NCBI GenBank assembly: GCA_951406725.2
Contig: OX597839.1
Coordinates: 28,334,001-28,398,000, forward strand
Source: Octopus vulgaris
Lineage: Eukaryota
Direction: 5' to 3'
DNA: 64,000 bases
The notes under the pieces: model-generated
Seen by the model: only the letters and a program-made list of their open reading frames with translations
Told to the model about the DNA's origin: nothing
Databases searched by the model: none
Translations under genes and position numbers: made by a program
Shown here: positions 54,461 to 64,000 of the stretch, one piece after another
Layout: each line of letters starts with the position of its first letter
How positions within the stretch are numbered: the first letter of the stretch is position 1

Positions 54461-56187
54461 AGAGCACAGGGCCAGCAATTTTAGGGGAAAGAGGGTTAAT
54501 CAGAATAATAATCTCCGTATTTTTCCACATATTATGCAAAAAAAAAAAAAAAATCTGAAAAGAGTCAAAAATGAAGACATCGGAGGTGGAGGGGGGTACT
54601 ATATATTTTGAAATGCCGATTTTTGCCAATTTTATTTTCAGATTCGTAATCTCCGTGGCCGAAAACGAGGGTTTGCGTAAACAAAATTTTTTTTGATAAT
54701 AATAATAATAAAGTGGGGTTGGGGGGTACAAAAGAAGTCTTTCCCTGTGTATTATTAATTATCGGAAAACAACGACAGACAGGTTTTTGAATCAAGAATA
54801 GTTTAAAAGTACACAAAATGTTCGTCAGCTTTTTTCTAACTACAAAACAATCGTTGATTGTTTAAGAAGCAGACATTGATAATGTGATACGAAAAGTTGT
54901 CTCTCTCGGCTGGGATACGTTACAGGGAGTCCACACAAAAAGAGAGGGAATTATACAAAAGGTAGATCGTGTGTAGGGTGTCTCATCTTTATGACAAGTT
55001 TCAAACAAGTAACAGGAGCTGGAACAGGCACATATATTTCAAGTGACAGTGTATAGAGACATAATTGTAAATTAGAAACGAAGGATATTCAACGTGCTCA
55101 GCGTTGGCTATTAATCACCATAACTTGATTGATGTGACCAGCTTCGATTGCACAGGGCGGCAGAAAGATCGCTACGATTTCAAAGGTTAAAACTTTGAAA
55201 TCGGGGCAACCTTTCTACCACACCCTGTATAAGGGAGATGGGGTCATATACACGTAGGAATTATTAGCAATTTGTTTGGAAAGGTAAAGATAATTTATTT
55301 CACAACTGTGTTTTAGTTTTAACAGTGGAACTCGAAAAAGATAATTGTATAAATAATAGTATGTAGAAAATTAAGTTTAAAAAGAAAATTGGATGAAGAA
55401 AGTCGCAGTCTGCTCGGCCTTTCATTTTTTCATCCAAAGAGGTTTTCTTCTTTCGAGACTTTTGTCTCCAAACATCTTTAAAATTTCTTTATTTACCTCT
55501 AAAAAGGTTTGCATAGAGGGGACGTTTTAAGGACAGACAAGGGACATGTAGGACACAAACACGCTTCTTATATACAAGATGAAAAGACAGATGGATTTAC
55601 ATATATTTACGGATGGGAGTTAAAAAATATATACATGATGAATTGGACAAACATGTCTAAAAGACGAGTCATTCCTTATAGGCTGGATGGATGGGACAGG
55701 TGAATTTTTACTATTACACCCGTCTCACTTCGAATGTGAAATTTAGTTTTGCTGGGGGGGGTTTGGTGGGATGTTAAGCGTTTTAAATGAATCAAAATCG
55801 TCGGGAGTCCCTTATTTCACATCTTCAAAATGAAACAAGTGGAATAGTAAAAACTACAAAAATCTGTCTTATTTGACGATGTAAAAGATGCACTTTCCCT
55901 CCACACATTTTTTAAATTCTGAATATGCACGGTTGAAATTGGGGTACATCTAATATATGTGTCTTTTATGCCAAAGAATATGGCATCTAAGGACACGAGT
56001 CTGAGGACCCAATACAAACATATATGTTGGGAGAGTAAGCCTTAAATGTCAAGACTACCATTTGCCCAACGCAAACAAATTGTCTTCGATCTCGTTTACA
56101 ATACAAACCTTAATTATTGTTAAGACAATCGTTAATTCTTATTCACAATACAAATGTTAATTTTGTTTCATTCTTACTCTGTTTTAG

Positions 56188-56281
56188 GATGAAGAAGAAT
56201 ACATTGGATTTGCTACCCTACCTGAACAGGTCCACAGGAAAGCAGTTAAACGCGGATTTGATTTTACCCTCATGGTCCTAG
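56188..56281 (+). CDS. Internal coding exon of a SEPT2-group septin (Sep4/SEPT4/SEPT5-like), polybasic region up to the start of the GTPase P-loop
   Basis: Polypyrimidine tract and acceptor (ttcattcttactctgttttag), then 94 nt encoding [31 protein letters not shown](G), then donor G|gtaagt. Matches the septin signature YxGFAxLPxQVHRKxVKxGFxFTLMVxG(ESGLGKS). Phase 0 start and phase 1 end, as I recall for the equivalent vertebrate SEPT4/5 exon. The next exon (ESGLGKST) was not found in the window. Confidence 0.95.
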
Positions 56282-57148
56282 GTAAGTCGACCGGCTTCTT
56301 GTCCCTCGGACGTTCTTCACGTGACGGTGGCGCTAGAGGGGGAGGAAGAGAAGATAAGAGTGAGAATTGCGGTGGTGGAGGGATTGGTGAGAGTTGTAAT
56401 GGGGGGGATGGTGAGAGTTATGGTATGGCTAATGGTGGTGGTGGTGGTGGTGAGAGTTCTGGTTATGATGGTGGTAGCAATAACAGTGATATTTGCAGTG
56501 ATGCATCAAAATGGCGTAATCTCAAAGGTGGTCAACCAAACCTACCTGTAAGGCAGGGTTCAATCCACCACTGCCCCACCCCACCAAGGGGTTCTCTGTG
56601 GTCACTGAGTAATAGCTCTTAGTCTTTTTTTGTCGTAGTTTGTTTAATTAAAGTTTACACAAGCTTTGTCAGTGATGGAAATACGAGTGGGGTACCCAAG
56701 GATATTTTCATATGGAAGATGGAATATATCAAACAGGCTCAGGCAGGGCTGGGTGGTCAACAAGTTAGCTTGTCAACCATGTGGTTTCGGGTTCAGTCCC
56801 ATCATGCAACACCTTGGTCACATGTCTTCTTGTGAGTGATTTGGAAAATGGAAACTGAAAGAAGCCTGTCATGTGTATTCTTTTATTTTTTTTTTACTTG
56901 TTTCAGTCATTTGACTGTGATCATGCTGGAGCACTGCATTTAGTTGAGCAAGTCAACCCCAAGACTTGTTCTTTGTAAGCCTAGTAGTTATTCTATTAGT
57001 CTCTTTTGCCAAAGAGCTAAGTTACAGGAACGTAAACACACCAACATCGGTTGTCAAGCAATGGTGGAAGGACAAACATGGACACACAAATACATACATA
57101 CATACATACATACATACATACAAACATACATGTATGTATGTATGTATG

Positions 57149-57196
<48 letters not shown>

Positions 57197-57350
57197 GCTT
57201 CTTTCAGCTTCTGTCTACCAAATCCATTCACAAGGCTTTGGTTAGCCCAAGGCTATAGCAGAAGACACTTGCCCAAGGCCACACAGTGGAACTGAACCGG
57301 GAACCATATGGTTGGGAAGCAAGCTTCTTACCACACAGCCATGTCTGTGC

Positions 57351-57438
<88 letters not shown>

Positions 57439-57754
57439 AGTGTCTTGCTCAAAAACAAAACACACAGCCCAGTCCAGGAATCGAAACCACAATCTTACAA
57501 TCATGAGTTCACACCCCTAACCACTTAGCCATCATGCACTTCCGCAGTTTCATAACTGGATCTTGCATCTCTCATTCTATTTGTGCCGCAAAGGAACGTT
57601 ATGAAATCACGTGTATGGGTCGCTTCCAGGCCACTGGTGAATCCACAAATCACATTGAAATTATTCGAATGGTGAATCAGTTGGAAGACCTTGTAAATAC
57701 ATTGCCTCAGCTTCAAGATACCTTTGACCCTCAGACTGAATTTTGTTTAGCTTT

Positions 57755-58148
57755 GGATGGATGGAAGCACTCCGTCGGTTACGACGACGAGGGTTCCGGT
57801 TGATCCGAATCAACGGAACAGCCTGCTCGTGAAATTAACGTGTAAGTGGCCGAGCACTCCACAGACACGTGTACCCTTAACGTAGTTCTCGGGGATATTC
57901 AGCGTGACACAGAGAGTGACAAGGCCGGCCCTTTGAAATACAGGTACAGCAGAAACAGGAAGTAAGAGTGAGAGAAAGTTGTGGTGAAAGAGTACAGCAG
58001 GGATCACCACCATCCCCTGCCGGAGCCTCGTGGAGCTTTTAGGTGTTTTCGCTCAATAAACACTCACAACGCCCGGTCTGGGAATCGAAACTGCGATCCT
58101 ATGACCGCGAGTCCGCTGCCCTAACCACTGGGCCATTGCACCTCCACA
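57755..58148 (-). mobile_element. tRNA-derived SINE family B, young copy
   Basis: Head ggaggtgcaatggcccagtggttagggcagcggactcgcggtc...tcgattccc with A and B boxes. Twelve-bp target-site duplication ttg(t/c)ttagcttt. About 5 differences from the copy at 40616-41006. Confidence 0.85.
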
Positions 58149-58209
58149 TTGCTTAGCTTTACAACCATTACGAACAGAAAATAACCGATTGCATAAGTAT
58201 GTTTTATTT

Positions 58210-58612
58210 ATAATCTCTGCTTGAGGAGACCTATTGAGTCAAGTACATCAACATCAAAATAAAAATATAAATCAAATGGAAATTGTAGTTGTGATACCTG
58301 AGCTGGTGGCACGTAAAAAGCACCATCCAAACGTGGCCGATGCCAGCACCGCCTTGGCTGGCTTCCGTGCTGGTGGCACATAAAAAGCACCAACCAATTG
58401 TGGCCATTGCCAGCCTCCTCTGACCCATGTGCCAGTGGCACGTAAAAAGCACCCACTACACTCTTGGAGTGGTTGGCGTTAGGAAGGGCATCCAGCTGTA
58501 GGAACGCTGCCAGATCAGACTGGTGCTTGGTGCAGCCTTATGGCTCCCCAGACCCCAGTTGAACCATCTAACCCATGCTAGCATGGAAAACAGACGTTAA
58601 AAAATGATGATG
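58210..58612 (+). mobile_element. Retroposon family D with internal tandem modules and a (GAT)n tail
   Basis: Repeated gtggcacgtaaaaagcacc units, then ggttggcgttaggaagggcatccagc...catgctagcatgga...gatgatg. Other copies at about 62126-62525 and 63282-63566. Confidence 0.7.
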
Positions 58613-60112
58613 GTACTGATCCGTGGATAACTGGGCAGCAATCAAAACTGGACCATTCCGAAAAAGGCACTGATTTCTGATCTGTAAGGAACCAATTGAA
58701 CCAGTTGCTGTTCCCAGCTGAAGTTTCAGGTTCCAGTCATTTATTGATCTTTTACCAAAATAGAAATAATGTTGATTTAGTGAATTAAAGAGGTCAGAAG
58801 TTTATTGACAATGTGAAGCTACTGGATCAATTCCAGCTGGCTGCTGCAATTTCCCTGCATCCCTCCTGGGTTGTCTAATGGGTGGGGGGAGCGTTGTTTG
58901 TTTTGTTTTGTTTTGTTTGATAGGAAGACAGAAATATGTAAAGGCTGTCAAAATATTTTGGTAGGGTGGGGACAAATAATGTAAGGTTCCTTGGTCCAGC
59001 ATTGATTCCATCTCTCTCACCCTCTCTCCCCTTCTTTCGTTCTCTCTCTCTTTCTCTCTCCCTCTCACATCAACATTCTTTTATGCCTACACATCGCCCT
59101 TCCTTTCTTTCTCATGCACACACACACACACACACACACATTACACAATTAGTTCATCTCACACACACATTACATATTTAGTTCATCTCTCATACACACA
59201 CACACACATACGAGTACAACACACGTCATGTGTATCATCACATACACATGCTTTATCATATATTCAGACACACACACACACACCTTTCCTGTCTCATCAC
59301 ACACACATACTTTCTCTCTCTCTCTCTCCCTCTCTCTCTCTCTCATACACACGTTTACTCATCTCTCCTGCCTTTCTCACCTCTATTAATACATATATAT
59401 CACCACCACCACCACCACCACCACAACCATCATTTACAGCATCATCATCATCATCACACCTCTTCTCTATCACATGAACCTGTTTGTTTTATATTTTTTT
59501 ACTGATTTCTTCCACCCCTTTTTCCCTCCCTCCCTCCCTCTCCTCCCTGATCACTCAACCTCCACCACCACCATCCCTGTAACCCCCACCCCACACCAGC
59601 CCTGTATCCCCCACCCCATCCCATCCCAACCCACGCCACCCTCCTCTACATGTCGCCATGGGTTACACTAGTTTGAACTCCTAGAAGCAGGTGTTTCCAT
59701 ACTTACCTAAGCCACATTCCTCTCCCTCCCCCTCACACGCCCCCACACGGATTCTATTTCAGGGGACACAGTTGTGCCCTTAAGTTGTACAGCTTTATCT
59801 TGTTTTTGTTGCTGTTGTTTGACCCCACTCAGGCTAGCCATGATTGAATAGGGCTATGAGCAAATGTGTTCCATCCATGACCTTCCCATTTTTAAAAAAT
59901 CTTTTTTTGTCTTTTATAGGTGCAGGCATGGGGCTGTGTGGTTAAGGAGCTCTCTTTGCAACCACACAACTTCGTGTTCAGTCCCACAGTGTAGTAGCAC
60001 CATGGGTAGTTGTCTTCCACTATGGCCCTGGGCTGACCAATGCCTCCTGCTTCCTCAGATGAAACACATGCATTGTCAACCCTGCTGAGATTTGAACTCA
60101 GAATGTTGACAT

Positions 60113-60860
60113 TAGTAGTAGTATGGGGGGGGGCATGCGCTGTAACAGAACATCACTACGTCCATTGATGGTTCCCTACTACTCCTAACAGATGACACCT
60201 TTGCACCACTCAGGCGATAAACCTTCAGCCCAAGGTTCCATTTGGGTAGCCATTGCTGGATAGGGTTTTACAAGGTCAGAGTACAGAGGAAACATTGCGC
60301 CTGTTCTTTTGACATCCTGGTCCCCATGCAGTACAATGGATGTTGTAGTAGTAGTAGTAGTAGTAATATGGGCCCATGTGCTGTAACAATGTGTTGCTGC
60401 ATCCACCGTCTGTTAGTGGTTCCCTCCTATTCCTGACAGTGGGGTCTGTTTGGGTAATCATTTGCTGGTGAGGGTTTCACGAGTTTGTTGTGCAAATCCT
60501 ACCTCAACTTCTTATAGTTGCCTTTTAGGACATACAGTGGAAACTTTGGGTCTGTTCTTTAGCGTGCTAGTCCCCACACAGAGCAAAGGATATTTCTGCA
60601 GCAGCAGCAGCAGTAGCAGTAGTAGTAGTAGTAGTAGTAGTAACAGTAAGGGGGTCATGCACTGTAACAATGTGTTTGTTGGTGGTTCCCTTCTACTCCT
60701 GGTGGATGACATCTTTGCACCCACCCTCCAGCCCATGGGTCTGTTTGTTGCTGTTGGGGGTTTTATGAGGTAAAATCCTACCTCAATCTCTTTTAGTCCC
60801 CTTTTCCAACATGCAGAGGAAACGTTGTGTCTGTTCTTTGGCATGCCAGTCCCCACTCAG
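60113..60860. repeat. Three diverged tandem units of about 250 bp separated by (AGT)n
   Basis: Shared blocks catg..ctgtaaca, ggttccct.ctactcct, ggtctgtttg, cagaggaaac.ttg.g.ctgttcttt and gtcccca recur three times. Confidence 0.65.
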
Positions 60861-61122
60861 CACTAGACCCTTGAGGGTCCAGATAAGATTTCGTAGTTAA
60901 AATGTATGTCCAGTAAACTGGTTAAACTTCTCCAATACACAAAATATTTAAACAGGAGTGGCCATGTGGCCATGTTCGTAAGTAGCTTGCTTACGAACCA
61001 CATGGTTCCGGGTTCAGTCCCATTGCATGTCACCTTGGGCAAATGTCTTCTACTATAGCCTTGGAACGACCAAAGACTTGTGCGTGGATTTGGTAGATGG
61101 AAGCTGAAAGAAGCCTGTTGTA

Positions 61123-61179
<57 letters not shown>

Positions 61180-61499
61180 CTGTGTTTGTGCCCCCAATAT
61201 TGCTTGACAACCGATGCTGGTGTGTTTACATAGAGGTTCAGCAAAAGAGACCGATAGAATAAGTACTAGGCTTACAAAGAATAAGTCCTGGGGTTAATTT
61301 GCTCGACTAAAGGCAGTACTCCAGCATGACCACAGTCAAATGACTAAAACAAGTAAAAGAGTAAAAGAATATTTTTATACAATTCCTAATAATATTTAAT
61401 AATAAAAATACAGAAGGATTATTTTATATATCTATCAAATGGCTATGAGGACAGGAATCAAAGAGGGACCATAGGCAAAAAAGGGGTTGAGAATCACTG

Positions 61500-62012
61500 C
61501 TTTATAATCCCTAATCCCTTGATTAAGGAATATCCTATACTTTATAAACCTAAGCCCAGATTAACAAGTATTCTATATTTAATAATCTCTAATCCTTTCA
61601 TTAGTGTGGAGACACATGGCCTAGTGATTAGAGCAGCAGACTCGCAGTTGAGGGATCACAGGTTCGAATCTCAGACCGGGCGATGTGTGTGTTTATGAGC
61701 AAAACACCTAAGCTCCACGCGGCTCCGGCAGAAGGTAATGATGAACTTCTGGTGACTCTTTTGCCACAACTTTCTCTCACTCTTTCCTCCTGCATCTAGC
61801 AGCTCACCTACAATGGACCGGCATCCTGTCCAGGTGAGGAACCTATACACCAAGGAAACTGGGAAACCAGCCCTAATGAGCCAGGCATGGCTCGAGAAGG
61901 AAAGGTAGAATCCTTTCATTAAGGAGTATTCTATACTGTAGAAACCTAATCCCTGATTGAGTATTCTGTATTTTATAATCCCTAATCCTTGATTATGGAG
62001 TATTCTATGCTT
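61500..62012. repeat. Minisatellite of about 39 bp split by a SINE
   Basis: Unit tttataatccctaatcc.ttgattaaggagtattctatac. The SINE at about 61606-61908 is flanked by the duplicated aatcctttcatta. Confidence 0.7.
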
Positions 62013-62017
62013 TTTAA

Positions 62018-62642
62018 CAGTGGTTCTCAAATGGGATCCATATTAACCTCAGGGACCCACATAAGATTTTGTTGTTAAAATTTATCTCCAATATTTTTAT
62101 TTTTTTTATACAATTCTTAATAATTGGCATGTAAAAAGCACCATTTGAGCGTGATCATTATCAGTGTCGCCTTACTGGCACTTTTGCCAGTGGCACGTGA
62201 AAAAACATTCGAGCGAGGTCATTGTCAGTGCCACTGGATTGGCTCCTGTGCAGGTGGCACATAAAAAACACCATTTGAGCATGGCCATTGCCAGTATCTC
62301 CTGACTGGCCCTCATGCCGGTGGCATGAGGGCCAGTCATCCACTACACTCTCGGCACCCACTACACTCTCGGAGTGGTTGGCATTAGGAAGGGCATCCAG
62401 CTGTAGAAACTCTGCCAGCTCAGATTGGAGCCTGGTGCAGCCATCTGGTTCGCCAGTCCTCAGTCAAAATCGTCTAACCCATGCTAGCATGGAAAGCAAA
62501 CATTAAACGATGATGATGATGATGATTTCATAAGAAAAATACAGAAAGATTTTTTTAATACCCATCGAATGACTCTGAGGGTTCAGTAGAGTAAAATAGG
62601 AATTAAAGGGGTCCATAGGGAAAAAATGGTTGAGAACCACTG
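62018..62642. mobile_element. hAT-type MITE with a nested retroposon
   Basis: TIRs cagtggttctcaa / ttgagaaccactg. Related copies at about 60865-61499 (SINE-interrupted) and about 29130-29230. Confidence 0.65.
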
Positions 62643-63569
62643 TGTTAGAGCAATGTGAAATAAAGTGCTTTGCTCAAGAACACAACGTGCCACCAGTCCA
62701 GTAATTGAACCCATAATCTGGCCCTTATGAATGCAACACCTTAACCACAAGGCCACATGCCGAGATATTGACTCACAGAAAACCCCTATTTCTTCTTCTC
62801 CTTCAGCCCTTTGAAATTTCGTTTCCTGCCCACATTTTTATTTTATTTTATTTTTGTAACCCCCTGCAGATGTCAACTTCCAGATGTTACTAACCAAACA
62901 TCTGGTGGACTGGCAGGGAGGGGGGAGTTATGAGTTCTTCCACATCCTGAGATGATGACCTCTCAGAATCATGGCAGGGGTTTTTCCATTTCCATTTCCT
63001 GCTACTGACCAACTAACAACATCAGATCAGATGCCTCGACAGTATTTCATTTTTCTGGCTCTTTGTGTTCCAAGTTCAAATCCCACCATGGCCTACATGA
63101 AGTGGTAACCTTAATCCATTGCCAGGTTTTACATCACCACCACCACTTTGTTGCAAGAAGTTTAGGACATTTAAACCCGCCCCCTCCCATGGACAGTAAC
63201 CCTCCAAGGACAATTACTCCCTAAGCAGTTAACCCTTGATGTGTACCGTATTTTTCGGTGTAGAAGCTGCTATTTTTTACAAACGTGGCCGATGCCAGCG
63301 CCGCCTTGACTGGCTTCTGTGCCGGTGGCACATAAATAGCACCAACCAATCGTGGCCGCTGCCAGCCTCCCCTGGCACCTTTGCCGGTGGCATGTAAAAA
63401 GGACCCACTACACTCACGGAGTGGTAGGCATTAGGAAGAGCATCCAGCTGTAGAAACATAGCCAGATCAGATTGAAGCCTGGTACATCCTCTTGGCTTCC
63501 CAGACCCCGGTTGAACCGTCCAACCTGTGTTAGCATGGATAATGGACGTTAAATGATGATGATGATTGA

Positions 63570-64000
63570 TTTCAACAGCGATACTAAGAGGACAAAGAGT
63601 TTTCAATCTCTATGAGAATGATAGCTGCTTTAGCTTTTGTTCCTCCTTGTGATGTTGAAAAAAAACTTTGGAAACCTTACGTGAAATGTGGAAGCACTCC
63701 GTCGGTTACGACGATGAGGGTTCCGGTTGATCCGAATCAACGGAAAAGCCTGCTCGTGAAATTAACGTGTAAGTGGCTGAGCACTCCACAGACACGTGTA
63801 CCCTTAACGTAGTTCTCGGGGAATCGAAACCGCGATCCTATGACCGTGAGTCCGCTGCCCTAACCACTGGGCCATTGCGCCTCCACTTATGTGAAATACA
63901 CCCACCAGAAACATATCCCTTGCAAGAATACTTTGAGGATACATACTTAGGACGACCATGTTGAAGAGGAAGACTGCAAGAACCAGTGTTTGGAATGGAT
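63570..64000 (+). pseudogene. MULE/Mutator-like transposase C-terminal fragment split by a SINE
   Basis: FQQRY*EDKEFSISMRMIAALAFVPPCDVE / EIHPPETYPLQEYFEDTYLGRPC*RGRLQEPVF matches the MULE motifs ALAFVP and YFEDTYIGR. The SINE at 63688-63885 has target-site duplication ctta(c/t)gtgaaat. Confidence 0.75.

Noticed and set aside
56272-56622. Gly-rich ORF continuing from the septin exon
   Set aside because: It is read-through past the gtaagt donor into GGT-rich intron sequence, and the septin P-loop is not properly encoded.
63340-63405. HDV-like ribozyme resemblance (CCAGCCTCCCCTGGC)
   Set aside because: L3 and P1 lengths and the J4/2 catalytic C do not fit the HDV fold.

Overview
Repeat-saturated animal genomic DNA. 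The SINE families and microsatellite load point to an octopus (cephalopod); this is recognised from memory, not searched. Almost every ORF in the supplied track is a microsatellite artefact. The only confident host protein-coding feature is one internal exon of a SEPT2-group (Sep4/SEPT4/5-like) septin (56188-56281, +). A plausible first coding exon lies about 38.5 kb upstream (17504-17629), so much of the window may be septin intron. There is an intact tRNA-Asn(GTT) gene at 53155-53228. The rest is tRNA-derived SINEs of several modular families, decayed LINE fragments (RTE, CR1/jockey-group, CRE-like), mariner, MULE and Helitron relics, and MITEs. The most interesting signal is nine predicted type I hammerhead ribozyme motifs in short elements with little mutual similarity, most of them Penelope-like and several beside (TA)n tracts. 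Four have a CCGANGA (U4C) core, six have a non-Watson-Crick pair at the base of stem II, and most have a palindromic or near-palindromic stem III. Three sit in long inverted-repeat structures, and one is followed by a sequence complementary to its own catalytic core. All folds were read by eye; none has been tested computationally or experimentally.
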